Assembly: GCA_030704615.1 (NCBI GenBank) | Contig: CM060734.1 | Span: forward strand, 31,124,001 to 31,188,000 | Length of the DNA stretch: 64,000 nt | Direction of reading: 5' to 3' | Origin: Takakia lepidozioides | Taxonomy: Eukaryota; Plantae; Bryophyta | Shown: piece after piece, positions 24,427-36,946 of the stretch | Layout: each line of letters opens with the position of its first letter | Position numbering within the stretch: position 1 is the first letter of the stretch | The notes under the pieces: generated by a model | What the model saw: only the letters and a program-made list of their open reading frames with translations | What the model was told of the DNA's origin: nothing | Databases searched by the model: none | Translations under genes and position numbers: made by a program

Positions 24427-24862
24427 CGACCGCGAGCGCCAGCGGTCCAACATTTCTAATTTATCTAAATTATATTGGGACCACTAGTGCTGGTGATCCC
24501 GCCATTATATATTTTTAAATATGTACTAAATAAATTAGGACCGCAAGTAGTGGTAATCCCGCTATATATTTATAAAATATATTAACTTAAAAAAAGACCG
24601 CCAATTTTGGTGATCCCATTATATTAAAAATATGTATTAAATAAATAGGGACCGCCAGCACAAGCGGTCCCGATATATTTTAAAAATTAACAATTGACAT
24701 TGGGACCCCCAGCGATGGCAGTCCCGACATATTTTAAAGAATAAATGAATTTAAATTCTAGCGGTCCCATATCATATTTCGAAGATATATTAAATATGAA
24801 TTGGGACCACCAGGACTGGCGGTCCCATATATTTTAAGAATATAGTAATATAACTTGGGGCC
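24427..24862. repeat. Second palindrome array (consensus GGGACCGCCA-N4-TGGCGGTCCC) with AT-rich spacers
   Basis: About 8 degenerate units at ~55-bp spacing, cut off by the LINE at ~24862. Confidence 0.8.
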
Positions 24863-26720
24863 GTGGTTAGTTGGTCTTAGGTAGTGCAGAAGAAGAAGCT
24901 TGGAGGGCTGGGTGTGATCAACCCTCAGGTTCAGATTATGGCACTATTGGCCAAATGGGTTCCTCGTATTTTCACTCACATTTCTTCTCCCTGGAGCATA
25001 ATTGTTAGAAACCATATCATGGATTATATCCCTTCCAGCTCTCATCCCTGGCCACCTTCTCTTAAATGGATAGTGCAGGGTTACCCTTCCAGATCTGTCA
25101 AAGTGGGCTCAAGGGCGTGGCAATCGATCTGGGATGTCTGGCTTTGTATGAGGCCCTACCTGGTGCAAAGAATTACAGCCCTTGCTGAAGAGGCACTTAG
25201 GCAACCACTTTTCCTCAATTATAACTCGGTTTGAAAACGGTGTCCCTCTCCCGAAAGACTCTGTCACCCAGGACCTTCCATCCCGTGCAGCCACAGACGC
25301 TTGGAACTCGATTGTTGATGAAATTCCATCTTCCTGGATCGTCTTTTAACATCTTTGCCAAGTAACCAAGATCATCTCCATGCCTGGTATGGTTCCATGA
25401 GAACACAACCTCATTTTGCTTTTTTGGCGTTGTTTCGACAGAACGCAGTCTTACAGGGGTGGAGATTTAATGTGGGACCCTTTGGCTCTCTCCACTCTCC
25501 TACCAATACAGAGGCCAAACAAGAAGAGCTCACTCCCATCATAATCTATTGTGCGATCTCTGGGCAAATCAATCCGTTGCTCCTTGTCAATATTCAACAT
25601 TATTGTAACTCCTTCTGCCGGTTCTTGAAAGCTCCCCTTAGTTCTCTTCAATTTGACCCCGGTAAATGGGAGTGGATGACAAAAAAACATGATCCTTTTT
25701 TTGCCTATTCGATAAAGAAATGGTACTCCCTGCTTATCCTCCAGAACTCCCTGGATGCCAAACTTTCCCATAAATGGAGGCACTTGTTCGCTGAGCCTAT
25801 TGCCTGGAAACCGATTTGGAATGATGTTTGGAAGAAATAAAGGGCTGCTAAGATCTGTGGTTTTCTATGGAGGCTTGTGAATAGAATCCTCCATGTTACT
25901 CACCTCTCTGCTGATTCCCTCTCCATGTGTCAACTTTGTTCTTCAACGGTTCTGAAAACTCTGGAGCACTTGTTCTGCAATTGTCCTGTTGCCTCCTTCA
26001 TTTGGGATAAAGTTGCTTGTTTCTATGCCTGCTGGGGCAATGATTTTCCTCGTACCCCATCTGTTATCCTGCTTAATTACTACAATGGTTCGTTGTGGTC
26101 TTCATGTCCAATCTGGGCTGCTCTTCGTGCTCATATTTTATGGCAATTATGGAAAACTTGGTGTTCATTTTTGTTTGATGATGTTATGCCCACAGCCAGA
26201 GTCATCTTTTTTAGAGCTCACTCGGACTTATAGTCTGAAGCTCGCAAAGTGTGGGAGTGCCTATGTGCAGCCTTTTACAGATGGAATGAAGAAAAGCGAC
26301 AACAATCACTTGCGCAATTGGATGCTTCATGGGGAAAGGGAGGCGTCTTCTGCATCAGGGTTGCCGAGCTTCGAATTGCATGGTGCAACACCCTCCCTGC
26401 ATGTTGGGAGTTCCGTTAGTGCAAGGCTTCTCCCTGCTGAAGGTGAAGAGTAGAAGGTAAACTGGCGTTATCAGCGCCGTAGTTACATGAAGACTAAATC
26501 TAGAGTTCACCTCTCCTTTGAGCCATCCCTTAAGCACTGATAGGCTTTGCATCTTGGATCCCTGTAGCTCTCTGATAGGACCAGCCTCTTGAACTCGCAG
26601 TATCTCCTTGTTGGTCTTATGGCTTTCTAGCAAGGTTATTTTTTCCTTGCCTGTCTCATTTCTCTGTTATAATAATATTTTTTAGGGCTTCTATACCTTT
26701 TATTATATTTATATATATAT
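24862..26720 (+). mobile_element. 5'-truncated L1/Tx1-type LINE (post-RT region and zf-RVT), degraded
   Basis: VVSWS*VVQKKKLGGLGVINP...ALLAKW; CQLCSSTVLKTLEHLFCNC (CCHC); multiple stops; AT-rich tail. Confidence 0.85.
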
Positions 26721-26969
26721 TTGTTTATATTTATTGGGAACCTCCTAATGTTTTTAAAAATCAAAATATTTATTTTCAGTAATATAATTTCACTTCATCA
26801 GTCGGTTTGACTCATTACGTGTTCTGAAGGTTAATTACGTGCAGTAAAAATTAAAAATGGAAAAAAAAATTATATTCAGTAATGTTGGTTTTTGAGGTGA
26901 CGTGACGCAGGTCGGGAACGTGACTTCCGACTTGACACTGACGTGTTCACTCTTGTAATTGTGTGCCTA

Positions 26970-28290
26970 GGGTGCAGGCGTATGAGATGATTAGGGGGCT
27001 TGAGCCAATCCCGTAGCTATATCTGTTGGAAGTTGGATGAGGGCATTATGGGTGCTGACAAGCAGGCCACATACACGTTTCGTGAGCTAAATAATGCTCT
27101 TGTCTAGTTGCTTAATGTCCGGGAGGAAGAAGAGTGCGGCATGGAACGAATATTGAACCTGGGTTTTTAGGACTGATTGTATGATTGATAATTTGGGCCT
27201 AATGGCAACTGGGGATTTGAGGAGGGCCATGCTTTTATTGGCTAGTTTGGATAACGTGGAGCCTTTTTGAACGTGTCAGGTGAGAGACGGGACCAGTTGG
27301 ATGCCTAGGTAAGTATATGGCTCATCTGGGCCTATGAAGAGGAAATGTTTGTTCTGGTAATGTATATATAATTTGCAGTGGGAGGCAATAGCGGATTTGG
27401 TGAGTCGGGTGTGATTTGTTGCCGCGGTAAAAGCACACTTGTGAAGACTAAGCTCCATACCGGACTAGTGGTTGAAGCGGTATAGTTTGCTGACTTGTCA
27501 GTGTAGGTGTTGTGGTTTATGTGCAATGATGGCTAGCTCATCGGCATATGCTGCAACGGAGATTTCGCTTGAGGAAGTTTTGTATTGATATCCAATCTTG
27601 CCGCGAGCTATCCATCTGAGTAGGGGTTCCAAGAAAATAATGAATAGGTAGGGGCTTAAGGTGTCTCCTTGGATAGTGCCGCGTAAAATTGGGATAGGTG
27701 GGATAGAGCCGTAATAGGCACCAGAGTATTCTGTAGTACTATTTGTATAGATATTATATATAAGTTGAACGACGTCTGTGGGGTATCCAAGGTCTATCAT
27801 GATGGCAAGTAATCGAGCATGATCTAGGGAGCCGAAGATATTTTTAAATTAATGTAGAGGAAGTATGTATCTTGTTTTGTAAGTTTAGCGTATTCTAATG
27901 CGGATATGACGTATTGTATTTGTCGGGTTGTGCTTCTTATGGCTTTGAAGCCCTCTTGGGGATCATTGAGGATGCGATGTTGTTCTCCGTAGTTTGAAAG
28001 CATTGTGGTGAGCGTGCTGGTAAAGAGCTTATAGATAGTGTTGGCAAGCGCTATGGGTCTATAATTGGTGAGATCCATGTGATCATCTTTTTTGAATAGT
28101 AAGATGGTACGGCTATGCTTCCAGGAGTGCGGAATACGTTGTAATCGATAGCAGAGTTGGAAGAATTTAAAGAAGAGGTGGCGGAGTTGCGGGTCAAGTG
28201 CTTGGAGTATGGTGTTTGGTATAAAATTTGGGCCGGGGCTGCCCCGCTAGACTATGCCCGGACATCTTGCTTGTACATGGTTTACCCATA
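26970..28290 (-). mobile_element. Non-LTR retrotransposon RT fragment (RTE/RTEX-like), degraded
   Basis: LTNYRPIALANTIYKL; QEGFK; GTIQGDTLSPYLFIIFLEPL; AYADEL (altered YADD); YTYLGI; frameshifts. Confidence 0.9.
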
Positions 28291-28325
28291 AATTCCCCCC
28301 CCACCCACCGCCCCAACCCCAAACC

Positions 28326-29290
28326 CACTACAACAGATTCCGGCTTTAACGTCTGCCACATTTGCCCAGTCGTAGCATATATGTCTACAAAATGCAAGGG
28401 GGCAGTCCTGGTTGCCATTCGTGACCACCAAAAGTCGTATATGCCACCTTGTACCTCCGCCACGTCAGGATCTGCGGTCAAACACATTTGACCAGATAGG
28501 GGAAGATGATAGATACGACTAGGAGTCATGGCCAAAACTGCAACAGTATGACGTGGGCATGGGAATGTATGACTGCCAGTATTCACGACTGCACGTGGCG
28601 ATTGCCGGTTGCCCAAGGAGTGTCTACGTGGACGATGCAAATATAAATGGATGAAACAGATGCAGGATGTGATTGCAAATGACGACATGTCAACATATCA
28701 TTGCTCGCGGGCACCAAGCCACACCCTGTGAATGAAGGAATGAATGGATGAATGAATGATTAGGATGACTTAGGATGAGTGAACTAAGATGAATTAGGAT
28801 GAATGTGCTTGAATTTAGGGTTGCTAGGTCGCAGTGTTAAGCATGAGGATAATAAGTAGTAAAAACATTTAACTACTGTTTCACTGACCCAGCAGATTAA
28901 CAGTAAACTAATCGACTGTTGGTTAAGGTTAGTGAAACAAAACGACTGCATTATGAACGTATGATACACAAACGCCTTGCTGGCAACTATTGGATGAACG
29001 TATCAAACATAACTTTGTGCACTGGATGAACGTATGAACGAATGATACAACAAACACCTTGTTGGCAACTATTGGATGAACATATGAACAAATAATAATG
29101 CAAATGCTGAGCTGGCAGTATTGGATGAACTGACAGTGAAACTCATTTAAAGATTCATTTTGGATGAATGGATGAAATTAAAATGGCCAAAAAAAATGGA
29201 AAAACAAATGAATGGATGGATATATTGATGGAAAACCCAAAATCCATCCATCTATCGCTACATTCATCCATCCAGTCGTGAGTAGAGGGG
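28326..29290 (+). mobile_element. CACTA element left end, same family as 11891, with a GGATGAA repeat tract
   Basis: CACTACAACAGATTCCGGCTTTAACGTCTG; AGTCGT repeats; many GGATGAA copies at 28730-29280. Confidence 0.65.
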
Positions 29291-29336
29291 ACTTAGCGTT
29301 TTTTTTTTGTCTCCCTTGCCATCTGTTTGTTTTCTT

Positions 29337-29494
29337 TGTGTCGAGTTTGATCGTGAGAGACGAACAAACAGGACGGAGCTGTGTTTGCTTTCTTATAGTG
29401 TCGAGTCTGATCATGAGAGACGTCGATCAGGGCGGAGCTATGTTTGTTTTGTTTCAGTGTCGAGTCTGATCATGAGAGACTACGAGCGGAGCTG
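29337..29494 (+). repeat. ~60-bp tandem repeat, 2.5 copies
   Basis: GTGTCGAGT(T/C)TGATC(G/A)TGAGAGAC at about 29338, 29398 and 29457. Confidence 0.85.
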
Positions 29495-29513
29495 GTGGGA
29501 TAGGGGGCGGACA

Positions 29514-29622
29514 GGGACTCAAACCCTAGAATCGGGGCATGAAGATGTGGTGCACGATGTGGCCATTGACTACTATGGGAAGCGGCTGGCCACCTTCACG
29601 ATGGACAACCGCAATCACAAGG
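29514..29622 (+). pseudogene. SEC13: Captured 5' fragment of SEC13
   Basis: [27 protein letters not shown] matches the conserved SEC13 N-terminal WD40 start. No start ATG at the expected position and no downstream exons. Confidence 0.85.
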
Positions 29623-29659
29623 TGTGGTTTTTTCTCAATGTACGATGTGAAGAAGTTTG

Positions 29660-29985
29660 TCCATCTTGCAACAAAAGGCTTAAAGCCAAATGCGCTTGCC
29701 ACCTATGAGCAAATGATTGAGCAAGGGGTATTGCCCAACAAAGTCATGTTCATTTGCGTTCTCAATGCATGTGCGAGCTTGGCAACCCTGGAAAAGGGAA
29801 AAGAGGTCCATGCTGCGATCGATGTTGGAACAGAGTCATATTTGAATATGGAGAATACTCTCGTTGATATGTATGCCAAGTGTGGGGCTGCAGCTGGCCA
29901 GTGGGGTGATCCCACAGTGGCGAGAGCAATGATGAAGGACAAAGGTGTCAGAAAGGAGGCAGGGCAGAAGTGGCTGCAGGCGTGA
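29660..29985 (+). pseudogene. PLS PPR fragment joined to the end of an E domain
   Basis: [29 protein letters not shown]...LVDMYAKCG runs directly into AAAGQWGD...[11 protein letters not shown]. Confidence 0.8.
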
Positions 29986-30059
29986 ATTATGACAGGGCTG
30001 CTAAATTTGAGTTGGACTTCAGATTTCTTGAAGAGCACTTGGGGTTGACCTTCACAACA

Positions 30060-31280
30060 TCTTTTTTTTGGGCTCGAAATTGAATGAAGGAATGAAGCTC
30101 TACCAAGGGGATTTACCTCGGCAACAAGCCACCTTACCTTTGTCTGCTCGCGGAGTGGGTCTACTCTCCAGTGCCACCACTGCTCCTTGTGCTTTCCTCG
30201 GCAGTTGGGCTCTGGTTGCTCCAGCCCTTGCGCGTCCCGAGTTCTATGTGACCAGCGGCCCCTACTCATGTATAACATTGCTCACGTGGATAACGGTTCA
30301 CTCTCATTCCAACAACATCTCCAATATGCACGGGACCTTTTTCATGCGGGCTTGCCTTATGCCATTTGAGCAGCTGGTTACTCGGGGCTTGGACCATCTC
30401 CAGGAGACCATCGTGGATCGCGTGCACCAACAAACCTTTTCTAGCATGCTTTCTGATGCATCTTCTGATGTGCATCGTGCCAGGCTCTTATCTTGTGGGG
30501 GGACCGGGGGCGGGTGCGTGGCTTATCGCAAGATCCACTATCACACCGTTTCGCTTGTCATCTCCAATCTTTGCCACGGCTCTCCGCATTCATCTTGGCT
30601 TACCACATCCTTATATGCTTGGCTTACAACGTTGTGACCAACCCATCGATCCACTTGCTGTTCATCTCCTTCGTTGTCCATGTGGAGGAGATCGTACAGC
30701 GACCCATGATGTTGTGCGGGACGCCATCGCCTCTGTTGCTCGAGAGGCTGGATTCCATGTATTGCGGGAGCAAACTCACATGCTTCCCTTTCGTATGCCT
30801 CAGTCCACTCGTCGGCGAGTCTACATCGTCCTATCTCGAGATGGTTTATGCACCCTTGCAGATGTTGTCATTGCCAATCCCACTCGATCCGACTTACTTT
30901 CTCGCTCGGCCTCTTCCCAAGGCATTGCCACTTTGATTGCTGCGCAGACCAAGCAACGAAGACTATCAAGACCGTCATCCCACATATGCGTTCCTTCCAC
31001 TGGCTGTGGAGATCTTTGGATGTCTTCAGTTCGACGACTTTCTTCGTATTTGTGCTCATCATGCTGCTAACAACAAGATCAATGGCATTCCCCATGCTTC
31101 TGTCTTTGTAGCTTTCTATAGACAACGGTTTCCGTAGCACTACAAAGGGCACAGGCTATGTCCATCTTTCATCGGGCTACTTTAGCCGGCGTGGCTTCGT
31201 CTCATCTTCATGCTCTTCCCGATGTCACACCCATTTCTTTGTCTGATGTCATTAAGGCAGTTGGATGGGACGAGACTTAA
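30060..31280 (+). mobile_element. 3' part of an RLE-type (CRE-like) non-LTR retrotransposon, frameshifted
   Basis: QATLPLSARGVGL; GAGAWL...LRIHLGLP; HLLRC...HDVVRDAI (zinc knuckle and HD); ADVVIANP; FLPLAVEIFG. Confidence 0.8.
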
Positions 31281-31775
31281 GTTCTAGATAAAACTTGTTG
31301 TCGAGCTGTTTGTCCTATGGGAGAAACTTGTACAGAGCTAGTTCGTCCCATGTTCACTATTAAGATTGCCTGGCGTGTTTCTGTGCAGGATACACAGTCC
31401 CACACTAAAATGGATGCATCAGTACTGGCGCTGTGGAAATTCTGGGGCGGTGGAAAATTCTTGGAGGCCGACGTTGTTGTCAGGGGTTACTTATCTGGGA
31501 TTGGCAGCTTCTTCGTATTTTCAAATGGTACTAGAATAGTTGTGAATAGTTTCAGCTGCGGTAATTAGATACAGCGATAGTTGTTCAAAGAACACCATCA
31601 TTGTGTCTCGATTGCCCGATGAGCCTTGTAGTGCATGTGGCTTGTTCTCCGATCTTCGCCAAAGTTGGGGAATGGATACTTACATGCCTTTTCATAATAA
31701 ACTTTAAAGTGACATAAATACCCTATTCACAGCTGATGCAAGTGCCTTTTTAAGAGAAATTTGTCCAAGGATGTT
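31278..31775 (+). repeat. Inverted, diverged copy of the nsLTP downstream region (18354-18905)
   Basis: Collinear matches on the opposite strand, e.g. TTGGCGAAGATCGGAGAACAAGCCAC, GGGCAATCGAGACACAATGATG and AACGTCGGCCTCCAAGAATTTTCCAC. Confidence 0.85.
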
Positions 31776-34100
31776 CGTTTGCTGGAACTCCGTGGCTAAT
31801 TTTTTCCTTCAAGTTCATCTCGACAGTGCCGTCAGTAATCTTATATATTCGAGATATATTCAAATGTTAACTGCGAGTCCTGGAAGTAGAATATCTCGGG
31901 CGCTCCATGGGCAGGCGCACAAGGGAGATCAAACTTGATTAGGAAATATCTCCATGAGCAGCTCATGTGCATAAGAACAATGGAGTACTTACAACTTTGA
32001 ATCAAATTTAAGGTACGACATAATCTTGAGCAGCAAATGCCAGTCTTCATAGCAATTTTCCTGCACCCGGGGTACCGATGATGGGAACTCGGAAGCCACC
32101 CATTCATCGTGTGCAATCTTATTATCAACCTTTTACAAGTCATGTTCAGAGGTGAAACTGATGTTCTCATTCAAAAATTCATGCTCGCATATTTTCTCCG
32201 AAATGAAACTTGGGTTTACATATCCACATTGTGTTTTATGGATGACACATGATGATTCGATTGAATTAATTTTTCCTGCAAAAACATTCGTAACTTAGTA
32301 AGGTACTACCACAAATAGTCTGAAAGGGATACCAATCTTGAGCCGAGAGAGAGCCTCCTGTGCCACGTTGTGCACGTTCTGAAGTTTCTCCGGGTTTCCT
32401 TCCTCACGATCTTTGCTACGCGCGCGACTTCATCGGTCATGGGCATACACGGAGGAGCTTGTTTGTCAATCTCGAACACAACTTTCGATCCACAAACATG
32501 ACGATATGACCCGGGCCACAACATGTGGCAATGCCACAGTGTAAATGTGTTCAGATAGATAGTGTCCACAAGCACTAAGTAATAAAGCGGTTCATGCCCT
32601 AAAGGCTAAATGTTCGCTGTCATATCTCCATATATACAGATATAATATGACGATATAATTTGGATGTTCAATAGGACGTAGCTGGAGTGGTTGGAAATTT
32701 GAGTGAGGTGAAGCTCCTTCCTTCCCATGTGAACCCAGGGATGCTTAGCAAACCATCAACGATCCACTGCCGCATATATTGCTGCTTCTGTGATCACTGC
32801 TCTCCTCACTGATATTCAGCATCCCGCTCGCTTTGTGAGCTTTGAGGGCCATTTGTAACACCAAACTGCAGAACTTGTCTGCAACAGAAGCTTCCGCTGC
32901 GAGGGGAGGGTTGCTCTTCAGGCACGTATAATTTATAAATCTAGATCCTCACTGTACTGATCTTTTCAAATTCTACCACGGTGTTTGCACGATGAAGGAA
33001 ACTTAGCAATGATCCTTCATCTGTCATCAGTTCAAGCTTAAGAAAGCAGCACCCTAGATTGTACGTAGTTCACCTGCTGCTAAAGCTAACGACAGCTTGG
33101 AAGGAGGCCGGCCTACAGAGACAAAGCAAGAGCTAAGAAAAAAGAAGCCCGCTAATTAAGTACAGAGCCAACCTGGAAGGTGCAAGGCCCTCACTCCAGC
33201 AGCAGCTACTTAATAACTACATTCAGACGGTTCTGAGGCGGTTTAGTTTTGATTCTCAAGATTTCGATCACGTGTCCCATGTGGTATTTTGACTTATCAG
33301 TTGGGGAGCAGGAATTGTTTCCTCATGTGGTATTTTGACTCATCAGTTCGCACTCAGTCGAATAGTTGCACGTCAAGTTGGTCCATACTTGGAAACTTTC
33401 TAAATGCGAGAATGCCCGGAAGTCGTCGCCTTCAACTAACTGCTCCTCGACACTTCGACAATGCATGTGTTGCCCTTATGAGCTGCCATTTGACTATCCA
33501 GTTGAGGCATTTGGAGACACAGAGTCCGGAGCCACAGTCAGGATTTAATGCAACTACGTAGGACCTTCACTTGAGACGCAATCGGGCCAGTCAGGCCAGC
33601 TGGAGGTAGGGAGCATGGCTGACTGGACCTGTAGGAGCAAATCCGTGCCCATGCAGAACTGCTTAAGCGGGCGTCTTCCTCGACAAACATGCAGCTGATT
33701 CAGATCTGAGCGTGCAATGGGACTTTGGGCGTCCAATGAGCTTCGGACTGTGATTATCCCCGCTCATGTAAAATTACCAATCAGATCTTATCCTAGTAGG
33801 TTGGCGGGGAAAACATAAATTGCCTTGTGATGGACTAGGTACTAGTTGAAACCAGAAACACGGAGATCATGCAGCTCAAAATGCAGGAGCCGCTCACAAA
33901 CTCTCGTGTGATAAGTAGGACACTCATTGTCGAACTAATGGTAACTTCCTCGGTAACTTCAGGTTTCCTTTCCTGACCAGTAGCTTCCCTGGTATCTTCC
34001 TTTCCTTCCCTTCCCTTTAGAATTCGTTACCAAGCACGAAGACAAAGTCATCCTAGCCAAGATCAGCTCATCGTATCCATCCAATCTGTAGAGAGCGTCG

Positions 34101-34107
34101 TATAAAA
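34101..34107 (+). promoter_or_regulatory. TATA box of the glycine-rich protein gene
   Basis: TATAAAA about 55 bp upstream of the ATG at 34159. Confidence 0.55.
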
Positions 34108-34158
34108 TGGGATCCTCTTCCACACACACTTTATCGATGGTCTCTTGGTGAGGGAGCT

Positions 34159-36946
34159 ATGGCGACTCTTCATCTCCTTGGGTCTAGGGGACGTATGGCT
34201 CTACCCTCGCTGGCTCTGCTTCTCCTGGTTGCCAACACCCTTATACTGTTGACCTCTGCTAGACTGCTCGACCCAAAAGATTCCGAATTTGAGCTCGAAG
34301 GACAGAGACGTTTACTGGAGATCACTGGCGAAGACAAAAAGGTACAACTAAACTCAGAGCTGTCCGTCCTTCTTTCAGTTTTCAGGGTACAAAGTTTACG
34401 TGCACGCATGATTTCTTTTAATGCCATGTACAAGTCTATTGTCGTATATGCACTGTAGAAAAACCTGCTCTAGTTATTTTGATGGAGGAGCGGGTGTACA
34501 TAGGATTTCTGATCAGGCCTATCAGGCGAAATTGCTATCCACACAGGTCTTCTAATCCCTGCCCTCTCATTGATTTACCATTCCAGAGTATGGCATGTGG
34601 CTATTTTTCGCTGCGGAAGCTATGAGCATAGGCGCTTGTGAGCTAAGTAGACTCAAGATGTCCCAAGAGTTGCAAGCACAATTCTCTAAAAATCTTAAAT
34701 TATACGTGAACGGTACTTACTGGTAATTGCATCATAATTAGATTCTCAATTTGCACGATGTATGGAGCCTCAGATTCACGATCCACAATCCCAGCACGCC
34801 TCTCATGCAGAGATGAAGCTGACCCGTCGGATGTTTGCGATGACCTGTTCAAAACGTTTGCTTATTTAAAGATTTCTCTTGGTGGAATTGCAAGGCTTGG
34901 TCGAGATCTGCACAAAATCAATGTGCGGATACAGGGTTCAAATGATCAGTTTGATCTTGAATTGGATATGTAACAAGCTCCTTAATATTGTGTATTTGCT
35001 TGTCCCAATATACCAGCAGGTAGAGACTTCTTCTGCACAAACAGAGGTTCCCAACAAAGTAAGCGAAAATGTTGATGGAGAAGAAAAATGGGGCCACGGA
35101 CGGGGACACGAAGGTGGTCATCGTGGCGGTGGATGGGTGAGCCAATTTTGAGGATGTTCAGATACAGAGCTAGTCCTCCTTTTTGCTCCCTTTAATTTAG
35201 TATCATGAATCATCCTGGTCCCTGCAACTTCCATGTTTTTATTACTAAGTATATATGGAGATTCATGATCCACAATCCCAGTAGACTAGATTGATTGATC
35301 ATGAAAAACAATTTTGAGTGAATTTTGTGTGGGTCAACTGGTCCAGCTCATCTTGAATTAAATCGGCCAAAATATGAGCAATACAGTTGAGGCTTGGTCG
35401 AGATGAGATCGAGATCTGCACAAAGTGATGTTTGGTTGACCAGATCAACGTATGGATATATATATGTATGTCATTGAATCTGTCAAGTGGGATATCAAAC
35501 TGATGCATATGAGTCCGATTTGTTCCATACCAACAGCGGGGCCACGGCCATGGACACGGTGGTCGTGGTGGAGGAGGAGGAGGAGGATATGGTGATGACA
35601 GTGGAGGAGATGCCGAAGTGAGCCAAATTGAGGGTGAGAGCAAATATGGAAGAGGTAGGGAATCATACCAGACCACCACTGGTGACAGAAATCAAATAAA
35701 AGCTTTGTTCAAGTGCGTGTGCACGTGGTGGGCAATGAATGCTCCAGAAATCGCTGGATATACTAATCTTCGTTATGAAATGTGCTTGACCTTGGCCTCT
35801 ATGATGCCTGATCTGGACTATGTCTGAGCTTGGACTTGACCATCTATGTAACTTCCATTTAGGTAATCTGTACTCCTAGATATGTAACTCACAACTTTTA
35901 TCTGTCGGTCTAAACATATGTATGTAGGCTTTGAAGTGAGTTCACTTGTTGAGAGCCAGTCCCGGAGCTCTCCTGGAATCATAAGTGCACACAAGGTCAT
36001 TTTGCCAATGCAGATTGTACAAGAAAGCTCCTGACAAATAACTACTACATGCATGTATAGATACAGTCTATTGCGTGAAGTTAAATTATGGTTGGAGAAT
36101 TCATACATATATTGGTGACAGGTGGAGGTGGATATGGAGGAGGGGGATATGGAGGTGGCGGTTATGGAGGAGACCGTGGTGGTGGTGGATATGGAGGAGG
36201 CCGTGGTGGTGGTGGATATGGAGGTGGCCGTGGTGGTGGTGGATATGGAGGTGGCCGTGGTGGTGGTGGTGGTACTCACGTTTCTCCCTGATACAGTTTT
36301 TTCACACATCTAGGCTTCCACTTATAAGCGCTGGAGTGAACTTGTTGCTGGTCCTGCAAACTGATAAGCTTGCAGTTACACTTGACAGTGCATGCAGTTG
36401 AGAACTGACCAGTCCTAGAGGCGCTCTCCTTGTGTCATAAGTGCACACAAAGCTCCTTTTGCCTCAATGCAGGTGGTACGAGAAACTTGAAAGCTCGACT
36501 GACAAATAACTAGTCTAGAATATAGATGCAGTCAGATGCAGTCTATTGCGCAGAAGTTAAATTTTGGTTAGACAATTACTTGCTTTGAATATGTTAATTA
36601 ATACATGTATATTGGTGATCTCAGGTTATGGAGGGGGAGGAGGCCGTTATGGTGGTACTCACGTTTTTCCCTGATTGAGTTTTTCACGTGTACATCTAGG
36701 CTTACACCTTTTAGCTCCCTTTTAGGCGTTGGAGTGAACTTGTTGCTTCCTGCAAATCGATAATCTTGCAGTTATGTACACTTGACACATGCACATCTGA
36801 AGCTCACTTTGCCTCACAGATACTGAACTACTTCTACAAAGACATAATGACTTCTCTGTTCTGATCTTCTCTAGCACTTGCTTGAATTTAAGTAGTTTGA
36901 TTAATAAGCAGCTTCGTGATGTCCAGGTGGAGGCGGTGGAAAATAA
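34159..36946 (+). CDS. Secreted glycine-rich protein (GRP-like), 6 exons
   Basis: Signal peptide ending SARLL. Phase-consistent GT-AG exons: 34159-34341, 35017/35020-35136, 35537-35654, 36122-36271, 36625-36654, 36927-36946. GGGY/GGGR/GHG repeats. Confidence 0.8.

Noticed and set aside
36075-36401. Trp/Arg-rich and Val/Glu-rich ORFs
   Set aside because: Alternative frames of the GGN-repeat glycine-rich exon.
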